Below are positions 10,552 through 22,225 of a stretch of DNA of 64,000 bases, piece after piece. A program made the position numbers and the translations under genes. Position 1 is the first letter of the stretch. The number at the start of each line of letters is the position of its first letter. The notes under the pieces were generated by a model. That model searched no databases. It saw only the letters and a list, made by a program, of their open reading frames with translations, and was not told the origin of the DNA. Source of the stretch: Rhizaria sp. SCN 62-66 (Eukaryota); assembly GCA_001724265.1 (NCBI GenBank), contig MEDY01000119.1:1-64000 (forward strand). The letters run 5' to 3'.

Positions 10552-13227
10552 TCACTCAATCGCAGCCTCGGCCGCAGTCGGCTCACAGCCCTCAGCGCCG
10601 TCTCCGTCGCAGTCCCCGTCACTGTGACTGTCGCCACCGGCGACAACCTCGATGACACGCACGGGCACGGCGGAGTGCGCGGCAGCGAGGTGCTGGCGCA
10701 TCGCGCGCAGGTCCGCGGGCGCGGCGCCGCAGCCCTTGACGGGGCACGCGGCGCGCAGACACAGCGGGCGCAGCGCAGCGCGATGCGCGGCGAGCGCGCG
10801 CGGGCCCGCGAACCAGGCGCCACAGGGCTCGCAGCGCGCCGCGCCCGGGAGCGACGCGGGCGCTGGCGCTGGGAACGGCGGCGGCACAGGCACGCGCACC
10901 GTCAGCACGGCGTCGGACGCACTCGCGCTCGCACTCGCCCTCTCCGTCGCGGTCGCAGTCGCGCTCTCAGCTGTAGAGTCCGCGTTGGTGGGGTGCGCGG
11001 AGCTGGCGTGCGCGTCGAGGGCGGCTGCGGACACGAAGCGGCGCCAGTAGCGCCTGCGCGCACCCACGCCCGCGCTCGCTGCGCCCGCGCTCGCCGCATC
11101 GCTGCCCACAGTAGCGCAGCTGCTCCTCGGCAGCAGCAGGGCGCGGTGGCAGTCGGGGCACAGCCCCAGCGCGCGCATCGCGCCCCGCCACTCGCTGCCG
11201 CCGCCGTGAGCGTCACTCGCACTATTAGTCACGCTGTTAGTGGCTTTCGCAACAGAACTAAGGTGGGCGCGCTCAGCGTCGCACAACGCCCTGCCCCTGG
11301 CCTCCGTGTCCGCCTCGCCCCTGGCCTCCGCGTCCGCGTCCGCCTCTGCCCCAGCTTTCGTGCTGGCCGCACTTGCATCTGCGGCAGCGGCCGGGTCAGC
11401 GACAGCTGCGGGGGCCGTGCGCTTGGCGTCGGCGGCGGCGCTGGCGAGGCGCGCGTGCGTCTCAGCCTGCCGCAGCACGCGCGTCGCCTTGCGCCACGCA
11501 CGCCACGCCGCCGTCCCCGCGGGCGGCTCCGCGGGCGCCGCCGCACGCAGAGCCGCCAGCGCCGCCGCGTCGCCCGCCGCGGGGACGCGGCCCAGCGCCA
11601 CAAGCGTCGCAGCGGCCGCCGCGGCGGACACGGCGGCCGCGGCGGCGCTCGGAACGCTCGCGGCGGCGGCGGTTGCGGTCTGGGTCGGGGCGATGACGCG
11701 GGTGAGGCTCGCAAACGCGGGCGCACCAGAGGCGGGAGCGGAGGCGGCTGCGTCAGAACTAGCACTGCTCGTCGCAGCGTCAGTTGCGGGGCTCGCGTTG
11801 CCATCGCTCTTGCTCTTCGCCACAGCGGCGGCGACAATGGCGTCGAGCGCCGCCACGTCGACCACCGGCACCGGCGCCGGCCGCCCCTGGCTGTCCGCGA
11901 CGCGCGCAAAGGGCAGGTCAGTGAGCTCGAGCAGCGGCAGCGCGGCGGCCGCGGCCTCGGCGGCGGCGCAGGCCGCGGCGGTGGCGGGGCACAGCGAGGG
12001 CCCCGGCGTGAAGAGTAGCGGCAGCGTCGCGGCCAGCGACGCAGCGGCCGCGGCCACCGCGGCGGCGTCGGGCGCGGGCACAGCAGCAGCCGCAGCAGCA
12101 ACAGGGCCGCCGGCAGTCGCACTGGCAGAGGCGCTGGCTCTCGCGGTGCGAGTCGCGAGGCGGGGCCGCTTGCAGACTGCGGCGCACTCAGCCTCACTCT
12201 CGCTCGCACACCCAGCACTGCTGCTGGCGCTGCAGTGATCACTGTGATTCTGGCCGCTACTGCAGTGCGGCGCGTTGGTCATGACGAGGTACTCGAGCCC
12301 CTGCGTGGGGAATGAGTGGTCGTTCTGCCCCCGCTTGTGCACCCACACCGCCCCGCCCGCCATCACGCCGACAGCAGCGCCCGCGGCGGCGCTCACGGCG
12401 GCGCCGTCGCCAGCAGCACTGGCAGCTGCTGCAGTAGTCGTGTCGGCGTCGACGATGCGAGCGTCGACGTCAGCGTTGGTAGCAGAGCGCAGGCGCACGA
12501 GCCCGAGTCCGTTGCTGCCGAGAGCGTCCACACGGCCGCTGGCGCTGGCACCGTCGCTGTCCGCGCCGTCCTGCCGCCGCAGCGGCGCGGGGACGCGGGC
12601 CCAGACGGCGGTGTCGGTGCAGCGCGCGCGCGCGGCGACGCGGAGCCCCACCTTTGCGGCAGCGGCGGCGAGTCCCCAGCGCCGCGCCTGCCCCGCCGCC
12701 AGGCACAGCAACACGCAGCCGCGGGGCGCCAGCGCCGCGGCGGCCGCGGACAGCGCGTGGCACAGCAGCGCGTGGTGCCGCACGCAGTCCTCCAGCCCCA
12801 GGTGCGGGTTGTTGAACACCACGGTGGCGAAGGGCGCGGCCGCGGCGACGGCGGGGGCCGCGAGCAGGGCCGTAGCGTCGACGCCGAAGACGGGCGTCGC
12901 GCCCGAGCGCGTCAGCAGCGCGATGTGCTTCCGCGCAACCGCAAAGCGCTGCACCAGGTCCGCGCGCAAGTCGAACGTCGTCGCCAGCAGCGAGTACGCG
13001 CGCGCAGCAGCTGACTCCGCTGCCGCAGCAGAAGCTGTCGCGGTCACAGCACCGGTCGGAGCAGCCGTGTGGACCGTGCCGGGGATGGGGGGGAAGCTCG
13101 AGGCGAGCGAGGCCGAGAACGACAGGTCGCCGTCGCCAAGTGTGATCACGCGGAACTCGTCCGCGCAGGGGGTCACAGCGGCGGCAGAGGCAACGGGGGC
13201 CGCTGCGGCGGGCGCGGCTGCGGACAT
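10552..13227 (-). CDS. DUF2431/BMT5-like SAM-dependent (rRNA uridine-N3) methyltransferase domain plus C-terminal C2H2-like zinc fingers, ~891 aa
   Basis: Signature motifs VITLGDGDLSFSASLA, LLATTFD, VFGVDATAL and FATVVFNNPHLG. C-terminal CPDC...H, CEPCGAWF...LAAH and CPVKGC...MRQHLAAAH. ATG at 13227, stop TGA. Confidence 0.8.
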   Translation of the reverse strand: MSAAAPAAAAPVASAAAVTPCADEFRVITLGDGDLSFSASLASSFPPIPGTVHTAAPTGAVTATASAAAAESAAARAYSLLATTFDLRADLVQRFAVARKHIALLTRSGATPVFGVDATALLAAPAVAAAAPFATVVFNNPHLGLEDCVRHHALLCHALSAAAAALAPRGCVLLCLAAGQARRWGLAAAAAKVGLRVAARARCTDTAVWARVPAPLRRQDGADSDGASASGRVDALGSNGLGLVRLRSATNADVDARIVDADTTTAAAASAAGDGAAVSAAAGAAVGVMAGGAVWVHKRGQNDHSFPTQGLEYLVMTNAPHCSSGQNHSDHCSASSSAGCASESEAECAAVCKRPRLATRTARASASASATAGGPVAAAAAAVPAPDAAAVAAAAASLAATLPLLFTPGPSLCPATAAACAAAEAAAAALPLLELTDLPFARVADSQGRPAPVPVVDVAALDAIVAAAVAKSKSDGNASPATDAATSSASSDAAASAPASGAPAFASLTRVIAPTQTATAAAASVPSAAAAAVSAAAAAATLVALGRVPAAGDAAALAALRAAAPAEPPAGTAAWRAWRKATRVLRQAETHARLASAAADAKRTAPAAVADPAAAADASAASTKAGAEADADAEARGEADTEARGRALCDAERAHLSSVAKATNSVTNSASDAHGGGSEWRGAMRALGLCPDCHRALLLPRSSCATVGSDAASAGAASAGVGARRRYWRRFVSAAALDAHASSAHPTNADSTAESATATATERASASASASDAVLTVRVPVPPPFPAPAPASLPGAARCEPCGAWFAGPRALAAHRAALRPLCLRAACPVKGCGAAPADLRAMRQHLAAAHSAVPVRVIEVVAGGDSHSDGDCDGDGAEGCEPTAAEAAIE

Positions 13228-13634
13228 GGCGACAGCGGAGATGTGCGTAACTGCAAGCGAGGAGAAAGAATAATAACGCGGTTGGGCAAAGCCTGTCAAA
13301 AAACTGTTTTAAATACGAATATATGCGCTCGTATTTGATACCAAAATGTGAGTGGCAGTTGCAATAACGGATGTTCCGCTGATATCCAGCTATCAATTAC
13401 AGTGCGTCGGTTGATCCATTCGGACAAGGCTCCTCGGAAATTTTTGTGGCGGTGCCAAATTCAAATCGATGTCCATCTTTGTTCATCGATATCTCGGTAG
13501 TTACATCGTGAATGTGTATAATTTCTTGATTTTCCGGCTGTGATATGAGTTTAATATTCTATTTTTTAATGGCAATTTAAAAAACCTACATCACATTCTA
13601 TCCCACCGCTTTTTGCTCCACCGCTCCGCAGCGC

Positions 13635-16600
13635 ATGAACCACCCCCCGCCCGCGGGCCCAAGCTCGGCGGCCGGCCTCGACATCCGCGCCATCGCGCTC
13701 CAGCACGCCTTCGAGATCGAGCGTGAGCGCGCCGCCAAGCTGCAGGCCCGTATGGCCGCCCTCAACATCGCTGCCGCCTCCGCCGGCACTGCCGCCCCTG
13801 CTGCCCCTGCTGCTGCTGTCCCTACTTACGCGCACGCGCGCCCCGGCTCAGCGGCTGCGCTGCCGAGCGCTGGCTCTGGCGCGGCGGCGGCTGTGGCAGA
13901 GGCCGACCCGGTGGAGCAGTGGCGCCGCGCGGTGCGGGAGGCCGCGCTCACGCCCATCAACCCTCTTGCCAACCACAACAACAACTACAGCAATCCGACT
14001 GCTGCTGCGGCTGCTGTGCCCGCTGTGGGCGGCGGCGCTGTCGGCGGCGGCGCCGTGCCGCCCACGGCAGACTGGCGCGCCGACTACGAGCGCCTTAAGC
14101 GTCTGCAGCAGCAGCGGCAGCAGCAGGAGCAACAGCAGCAGCAGCAGTTCGCTGGACCTGACTCTTATCACAACGCCAACGCCAACGCCGGCTTCAACCA
14201 CGCCCAGCCGATCACCGCCCTTGCCACCGCCTCGCCAGCCTCAACCTCAATACCCCAGCGCGCCCCCACTGTGCCGCCCGCCCAGTCCGCGGCCCCGGTT
14301 GGCGCGCTCGGCGGCGGCACCGCGGCCGACTCTAAGAGTGACAAGGCTGCGTACGCGGCGGAGCTGCGGGCGCAGATGGAGGCCGACAAGGCCCGCAAGG
14401 CGCAGCAGAAGCGCTGGCTGCAGTACAACGACGAGGACAACGTGCCGCAGCAACAGCAACAGCAGCAGCAGCAGCAGCAGGGACGGGACCGGCGGTCGGT
14501 CGGCTCTGTGGCCGAGACCGGGGCCGAAGCCGAGGCTGCGGACCCCGAGAGTCACGCTTTCGGCCAGAACCCTGGCTTCGGTGAGGGCCACGGGTTTGGC
14601 CAGAGCCAGCGCTTGAGCCAGGGGCAGGGACAGGGGCAGAGCTATAACAGTGACAGCGGCTACCAGCAGCAGCTGCAGCAGCCTCAGCCCCAGTCTCAGC
14701 ACTACCAGCAGCCGTACCCACCTCAGCCGCTACCGCAGCCGCTGCAGCAGTACGGTCCTGGCCCCGACTTTGCCCAGTTTCAGACCCAGTCTCAGCAGCA
14801 GTATCCTCAGCCGTACATGCAGCCGCAGATGCAGCAGTACGGGCCCCCTCAGGGCCAGTACGGACCCCCGCAGGCGCAGTATGGCCCGCCTGCCCACTAT
14901 GGCGCCCCGCCTGCCCACTATGGCGCCCCGCCTGCTCACTATGGCGGCTACCCTGCCTCAGCAGCTGCGCCCCAGCAGCAACAGCAGCAGCAGCCCCAGT
15001 ATCCTCCCCAGCAGCACCCCCCCTCGTCCTCCTCCTTCTCCTCCCCGGCCCCCGCCCCCCTCGCCCCCTCCGCCACTCCCGTCCCCGCGGCGCCCGCGGC
15101 CGCAGCCCCCGCGGCCTCTGCGGTGCCCGCCGAGGCGCTGGACGGCTTGGAGCGGCAGTCGGTGGCGGAGCGACTGCAGCGGCGGCAGCAGCGGCAAGAC
15201 GCCGCGGCCGCGGCCACGGTGGCCATGGCGGCGCAGGCGGCGCAGCGGCACGCGCGCAATGACCGCGCGCGAGAGGCCCGCGAGGCCGGCGAGCGCGCGC
15301 GCAGGCTCCAGGCCGACCAGGACGCACAAGACGCGCAGGCGCAAGCGCAGGCGCAGGCTGAGGCGGCGAGGGGGCGCGACGCCGGCCCTACCAGCGCTGG
15401 CCCTACTGGCGCAGAGATGGGGTCTCCGGCGCGGGGCTGCAACAACAACAACAGCAGCAGTGTCAGTGCAACTCCTGTTAGAGGCCCTCAGCAGCAGCCG
15501 TATCACGACTACCAGCATCAGCAGCAACAGCTCCAACAACAGTGGCAGAACCAGCAGCAGCAGCAGCGTCCGCCGTTCCAGCAGCAGCAACAGCAGCAAC
15601 GCGTCAGTCCGTCCCGCCCCCGCCCCGGCTCCGCCGTCTACGACCGCGGCAACAGCTACGGCGGCAACAACAATAATAACTACAACTATCCGCCTAATAA
15701 CAACAACGGGTATAATGACGGATACGGCTACAACAACTACAACACCAACGGCTACGGCAATGGCGGGCTAAACGGCAGCTTCGATGGGAATAACTACAAC
15801 AACTACAATGCACACAACAATGGCGGTGACGGCTACGGCAACGAGCACGGCTACAACAACAACCACCAGCAGCACCAACAGTGGCAGGGGCAGCAGCGGC
15901 CGCGCAGCAGCTATGGCAACAATGGCTACAACAAAAATAACAACAACTATGACCAGTATGACAACGGTAACGACTACCGCGGCCAAAACCAGGGATACAG
16001 CAACAACAACAACAACAACGGCTACGGTCATGGTGACGACCACCGCCCGCATCAGCTCCAGCAGCAGCAGCAACAGCAGCAGCAACATCATCACTACCCT
16101 CCTCAGCGTCAGCCTCAATACCAACAGCCTCAGCCTCAGCAGCAGCAGCCGTATCAGCCATACCAGCATCAGCCTCCTGCGCCGGCGCCGCTGCCGTCTG
16201 CGCTGCCGACGTACTCTGCGGCGGACGGCACGCAGCTGCTGTCTCTCTCTCGCGCGCTCTCGCCCGACGCCGACCAGTCCGCCCTCATCCGCGCCCCCGC
16301 CGCGCTGCAGACTTTGAGCACCGTCGTCCCTGTCCCCGTCTCTGGCCCTGGCACTGGCAGTGCGCGCGAGCTGCCGGGGCTGTCGGAGATGCTCTCGGTG
16401 GCCGAGCGCCCGCCCTCGACCGCGCGCATGCTCGCCGCAACCGCCACCGCCGCCGCGAACACCGCCTCTGCGTCGAGCGCTGGCTACGGCTACGATCAAG
16501 GCGATGATGACCAGTACGGTGCCTACGGGCGCGCGTATGGCAGCGGCTCTCACAATGCAGTTAGCGCTGCCGCTGCCAACGTTGCCCCTGGTCTGCGCGG

Positions 16601-17818
16601 GGCCGCCGCGGTGCCGCCCCTGTCGCTGCCCCTCGGGCTCGGCGCCGGCCCCGCGGCCCACGGTCACCCGGCCCACGGTCACCCGGCCCACGGTCACCCG
16701 GCCCACGGTCACCCGGCCCACGGCCACCCGGCCCACGGCCACCCGGCCCACGGCCACTATGACAACTACACTGCGGCCGCCGAGTCCGTTGATCTCGCCC
16801 AGTCCGCCGCAGCCGAGGCCGAGGCCGAGGCGGCGGCGGCGGCGTCGCTGGCCTCGCTGCCGGGGGACGTGGGCGCCGCCGCCGCCGCGCTGGCCCGCGC
16901 CGTCCGCACCCACCAGGCCGCCAGCGCGGCGGCGACAGCGGCGTTCAGCCATGGCCACAGCTACGTTGCGCCCGCTGCTGCGCCCGCGCCGCTTTCCGTG
17001 TCCTCCGCCCCCACCTCGGCCATGCCCGGGAGTGGCCCCGCGTCTGTCCCCACGCCGGTGAGCGGCGGGCGGGTGACCGTGGGCACGCGCGTGGCGCTTT
17101 TCCGCAGCGCGCTCGTCAAGGAGGCCGTCGCGCGCGGCGACGCCCCCGCCAGCGCCGGCGCCAGCGCCAGCAGCGGCAGCGGCAACGGCAACGGCAGCGG
17201 GGGGAACTACGACAGCGACAGCTACTACGGCTTTGACGCCGCAGCCGGCGCTAGCGCCGCCACTGGCGAGACCGCTGGCACTGGCAATGTGTCGGGCGCG
17301 GGCGCGGGCACGGGCGCGGGCGCTGGTTCGAGTGTGCGCACTGGAGGTGGCCAGCTCTCTGGCCGCGCCACCAAGTCGATGCTGCCTCCCACCAAGTCCC
17401 TGCTGCTGCAACAACAGCAGCTGCAGCAACAGCAGCTCGGCGCAGGGGCCGGCGCCGGCACTGCGGGCAGCCACTACCACTTCCATGACAGCAACAACTG
17501 CAGCTACAACGATGGCGCTGCCGCTGCCGCTGCCGCTGCCGCTGGCTACGGCTCTGCTGTCAACGGTTCGGCGGCCTATGAGAACGACACCTTTGACGAT
17601 AGCGTCCCCGCTGTCGCTGCCAACTTGACTCACGCGGGCCCTAGAGCGGACCCGCACGCCGCTGCGGGTCCGCACGCCGCGCATAGAGTGGGCCTGTCGC
17701 CGCCGCGGACGGCCGCGCAGCAGCGCGCCGAGTCCGAGGCGCAGGCGGCGCAGCGCGCGCGCTTTGCAGAGCTCGAGGCCGAATTCCGTCAGCAGCAGCT
17801 CCAGCACGAGCAACACAC

Positions 17819-17850
<32 letters not shown>

Positions 17851-18248
17851 GCAGTGTGTTCTCTGGCCCTGCGCGCGGCGGCCACGCGAACGGCAACGCA
17901 GTCGCGAATGCTGCCGCGAGCGAGCGCGACGCGGGGCCGCAGAGCAGCGGCACGGACTACAACAACGACGACTACGACGACGTGGACCTGGTCGAGAACG
18001 ACGACGACTACGCAGACAGCAGCAGCTTCACCCCCGTCGACGCTGGCAACAACGGGGGGAATGACGCGTACAACGGGTACAGGGCCGCCGAGAGGGGTGC
18101 GGTGGGCGAGGACATGGAGAGCTACGGTGGTGGCGGCAACGGCGCGGCGTACGCGCTTTATAACAACAATGGCAACACGTTTAGTAACGGCTACGGCGCC
18201 AGTGGTGGCGCTGCCGCCTTTTCGACCTCGGGACAGGCCTTACGGTAA
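13635..18248 (+). CDS. Large, mostly disordered Gln/Asn/Tyr/Gly/Ala-rich protein with short coiled coils, 1537 aa
   Basis: Single long ORF from ATG to TAA, flanked by AT-rich spacers. Short helical segments such as KAAYAAELRAQMEADKARK loosely recall CSPP1/CCDC66-type motifs, but not enough to name it. Confidence 0.8.
14838..14946 (+). repeat. Imperfect 18-21 nt tandem repeats encoding YGPP/YGAPPAH units
   Basis: tatggcgccccgcctgcccac and variants repeated in frame. Confidence 0.75.
16656..16757 (+). repeat. 15-nt minisatellite, ~6.8 copies, encoding (AHGHP)n
   Basis: gcccacggtcacccg x4, then gcccacggccacccg x2 plus a partial unit. Confidence 0.95.
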
Positions 18249-18460
18249 ACAACGGAGAAATTGATATTTAGTATGATGCGATCGTTGATTGCGCGAGAAA
18301 TTTAAAATTAATAGATTAACATTGATATTATTTTGTTTTCCTAATTTTTTATTTCTCTCTTTATTGATCCTCCTAGCCTTTCAGTCACTTCTTGATTCGA
18401 CCGAGAGACCGAGAGTTGAGAGTTCGAGACGAGAAAGCAAGACACAAAACACCACCATTG

Positions 18461-20974
18461 ATGACGGGAGCAGTCGCAGCGGCCGCCGCGCCCGCCGCGG
18501 GCGGCGCGAACAACGGGCAGCAGGGTGAGCAGGGTGGCAACGGCTTCTTGGCGGGCTTGATGCGCATGGCGCTGATGTACTTCGCCATCAACTACTTCGT
18601 CAAGGGCGCGGGCAAGTCCTCCGCCCCCGCGGCCGACGCCGAGAACGCCGACGCGCTCGCCGACGCTGACGCCTACAACGCCGCCACGGCCGCCAGCGCC
18701 GCCGCGGCGTACCCCGACTACACGGGCTCCCCGACCTCTGCGAGCAAGCAGCGCACTGCGGACACTGCGAGCGCCGCGGCCGCCGCGAGCGCCAAGACGG
18801 TGCCGCTGCAGGCGCTGGTGGCGCGCAACGCGTTCCCCGCGGGCGCGGACTTGGACGTAGCGCTGTACCTGTCCACGGCGGCGCCCGCCGCGGCGCCCGG
18901 CTCGTACGCGCGGCACGTGGTCTTCACGAGCGAGGCGGGCGGGCGCCCGCTCGCGGCGGGCACCGCGCTGCCGGACCTGCCGCTGCTCGAGGCGCGCCAT
19001 GCCCGCGAGCGGCCCCTACTTTCCATCGACCGCGACCCCGCCGCCGACGCCGGCTCTGCCTCTGCCTCGGACGCTGGCGCTGGCGGCGACTGCGGCGGCG
19101 ACTGCGGCGGCGCGGGCCGGCAGAGCTCGCTGCTGGTGTGGCGCGCGCGCGTGCCCTACGCGTGGCCCGCGCCGGCCGAGGGCGAGCAGCCGGGGCTGCT
19201 GAGCGCGCTGCTGCCCGCGGCCGTTGCGGCGGCGCTGCAGTCGGGCGCAGCGCTGCCCGGGCCTGGCGCAGACCGCGAGGTCCCCGTCACGCTCCCGCTC
19301 TCCGCGCTCCCCCTCTCTGCGCCAGAGAGCGACTCTGCTGCTGCGGCCGCCGAGGAGGGGAGCGACGAGCACGTGTACAGCGCGGGCGAGCGCGCGGTGG
19401 GCGCGGCGCTGGCGCGGAACGAGACTGTGTTTGCGGTACTGGTGGTGGCGCGCACAGACCGCACCTCAGACCGGCGCGAGCCCGCGGCGGCGGTGGTGCA
19501 CCGGTGGGACGCGTGGCGCGAGGTCAAGGTCTCGCAGCGCAAGAGCCTCCTCGCCGGCGACAACAAGCAAGACAAGAGCGGGGATCTTAAGGACGCCAAC
19601 GACGCGGGCTCTGTCACTGTCTCTGGCAAGGACGCGTCTGCGACAGTGAACGCGACGCGGATGGCGCGGTTTGTGGACACACACCTGCGCTTCCGCATGC
19701 TGCTGGACCATTCAGTGACGACACAGGCCGCGCTGCCACCGGAGGTCCGCGCGGCGTACCAGTTCTACTACCCCAGCCCGGTCGAGGCGCGCGCGCACGC
19801 GCCGGCGTACATGCCGCCTGTGTACCGTGACTCGTTCTGGGCGCTGCGCGACCGCGCGGCGGAGGTCAACACCTCGGCGCGCGCGCTGGCCGTGAACCTC
19901 ACCGTGGGGCTGGCGCCTATCTCGATGCTCGCCTGGCGGCTTCAGGTCGCCATGGAGGAGTCGTGGCGCCTGCAGGACTCGCTCGGCGTGGGCGCCAACG
20001 AGGACACGACTCAGGAGATCAAGCGCATGCTGGTCGAGACCAACCCGCTTCTGCTGGCCGTGACCGTTATCGTGTCGCTGCTGCACGCGCTGTTCGACTA
20101 CCTGGCCTTTAAGAACGACATCGCCTTCTGGCGCGAGAACAAGTCCCAGGAAGGGCTGTCGATGCGCTCCGTGCTCGTCTCGGCCGGCTCGCAGCTCGTC
20201 ATCTTTCTCTACCTCGTCGACAATGAGACGTCGTGGATGGTGCTCGTATCGGCCGGCATCGGGACCGTGATCGAGTTCTGGAAGGTCACCAAGGCCAGCG
20301 ACGTACGCGTCGACGGCGTGTTCCCCTTCGTGCACGTTGCGGACAAGGCCGAGGTGGCCGAGAGCGAGACGACGCGCTACGACAAGGAGGCCTTCCGCTA
20401 CCTGGGCTGGGCCATGCTGCCGCTTGTGCTGGGGTGCTCGGTCTACTCTCTTGTCTACGACACGCACCGCTCGTGGTACTCTTGGGTGCTGGGCTCGCTC
20501 GTGACGAGCGTCTACGCCTTCGGCTTCATCACCATGTGCCCGCAACTCTACCTCAACTACAAGCTTAAGTCCGTCGCGCACCTGCCGTGGCGCATGCTGA
20601 CGTACAAGGCACTCAACACGTTTGTCGACGACTTTTTCGCCTTTGTCATCAAGATGCCCACGCTGCACCGCCTCGCCTGCTTCCGCGACGACCTTATCTT
20701 CTTCGTCTACCTCTATCAGCGGTGGGCTTACCGGACCGACTACTCGCGCGCCAACGAGTTTGGCGTTGCGTTTGCCGCGCCGGAGGGCAGTGAGGGTGTG
20801 ACGGCTGATGCAGTCAAGGATGAGAGCGAAATCAAGACTACCGTCGAAGGCGAGATTAAGGATAAGAAGAGCGAGGATGCAATTGACGCGAAGGACAGCT
20901 CCAGTGAGGATGAGAATGACGACGATGTCCAAAATGATAAGTCTGTTGATAACAACGTTCGTGAGCGCAAGTAA
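18461..20974 (+). CDS. CLPTM1: CLPTM1-family ER membrane protein, ~837 aa
   Basis: EIKRMLVETNPLLLAVT, FDYLAFKNDIAFW, CPQLYLNYKLKSVAHLPWRMLTYKALNTFVDDFFAFVIKMPTLHRLACFRDD and YQRWAYRTDYSRANEFG are hallmark motifs; stop TAA. Confidence 0.95.
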   Translation: MTGAVAAAAAPAAGGANNGQQGEQGGNGFLAGLMRMALMYFAINYFVKGAGKSSAPAADAENADALADADAYNAATAASAAAAYPDYTGSPTSASKQRTADTASAAAAASAKTVPLQALVARNAFPAGADLDVALYLSTAAPAAAPGSYARHVVFTSEAGGRPLAAGTALPDLPLLEARHARERPLLSIDRDPAADAGSASASDAGAGGDCGGDCGGAGRQSSLLVWRARVPYAWPAPAEGEQPGLLSALLPAAVAAALQSGAALPGPGADREVPVTLPLSALPLSAPESDSAAAAAEEGSDEHVYSAGERAVGAALARNETVFAVLVVARTDRTSDRREPAAAVVHRWDAWREVKVSQRKSLLAGDNKQDKSGDLKDANDAGSVTVSGKDASATVNATRMARFVDTHLRFRMLLDHSVTTQAALPPEVRAAYQFYYPSPVEARAHAPAYMPPVYRDSFWALRDRAAEVNTSARALAVNLTVGLAPISMLAWRLQVAMEESWRLQDSLGVGANEDTTQEIKRMLVETNPLLLAVTVIVSLLHALFDYLAFKNDIAFWRENKSQEGLSMRSVLVSAGSQLVIFLYLVDNETSWMVLVSAGIGTVIEFWKVTKASDVRVDGVFPFVHVADKAEVAESETTRYDKEAFRYLGWAMLPLVLGCSVYSLVYDTHRSWYSWVLGSLVTSVYAFGFITMCPQLYLNYKLKSVAHLPWRMLTYKALNTFVDDFFAFVIKMPTLHRLACFRDDLIFFVYLYQRWAYRTDYSRANEFGVAFAAPEGSEGVTADAVKDESEIKTTVEGEIKDKKSEDAIDAKDSSSEDENDDDVQNDKSVDNNVRERK

Positions 20975-21114
20975 CGCGTTAAGCTTAAGCTTAAATACAC
21001 CATTTCTATTTCCTACAAATAAAGCCTACAAATAAAGACCAATGTGTGCATACCAAACCAAGACTTGGTGATCTGGACTGACAGATTTGAATTGAATTTA
21101 GCAGCGCTATGTGT

Positions 21115-21860
21115 TAATGCCCAGCTATAATGCCCAGCTATAAAAATATTTATGAACGTTTGATTTCGATAAAGTTTGGTCTTTTTGACTGATATCCTCG
21201 CCTTTCACGGGTATGCATTGTATTAATATGTCAGATAGAAGCACGTAAGTCTAAAATCACGTTTTATACTATCATAACATTTTTCTATCTCAATTAAAAA
21301 GATTATAAATTTTTAATAATATTTTATACCCAATATAATATATTTTTACTTAAACTAACATGTTTCAATAAAATATAAGTGTTTTGCAGCATTTAACAGG
21401 AATAATGTAATTAAAACTGCTGTAAAGATTTATTCTACAAAATGATTTTTTAAATCTTTGAAAGCTCTTTGATTGGTAATTAAGTTTGTCATAGTTTCAA
21501 AAACAGCTAAGAAACATTTATGACTTTAATAAAGATTTTTATAACTGTACATAATATCAAAATAAACATTTTAACAGCAAAAATATTTTTTTAATGTGTT
21601 TTACGCGAAAATATTTGTTGAATTTGTTTTTATTACATAAAAGTATTTATTTTTCATTATAATATGTAAAAATACATTATATTTATTTCACTATTACGCA
21701 TCTTGAAGCTTAGGCACATACTCGTATTTAATTTCTGGACAACAATTGGCATGATAGTTATACGATGATTGATGTTATCCTTGATGTTATCCATTGTCAT
21801 AATTTCAATGAATAATGATAGTAAGTAGCCATGGTGACTTAAAAGTAGCCATGGTGACTT
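21115..21860. repeat. Very AT-rich intergenic island carrying three short direct duplications
   Basis: taatgcccagcta x2 (21115-21140), ttgatgttatcc x2 (21769-21792) and aagtagccatggtgactt x2 (21823-21840, 21843-21860). Confidence 0.8.
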
Positions 21861-22225
21861 TATCGTCAACTCAGATTTGGGCGGCGTTCGCAGCCAAAAC
21901 GTCAAGCTGAGCACCGGCGAGGCGAGAGTGGCTAAAAACTTTGCTGTCTATCATTTTGCGACAACATACTAAATACCAGGTGAGCCATTGTTTTGATGCT
22001 AACGATGTTTTACGATGTAAATCCATGAACCAGCATGATCAGCAGCTGCACGTACTCGCTTTCAACAAATTTTCCCAGGACGCTCTTGCAACCCCTACAA
22101 ACGTGTTTGCTAGCGCAGTAAGATGTGAGAGCATGTACATATGAAGTGCGAAGTAACAAGTAAAGCTTAAATATGATAAGCACTTTACAGTGAAAATAAA
22201 CAGGAATTTGCCCAAAAAAAGGCAG

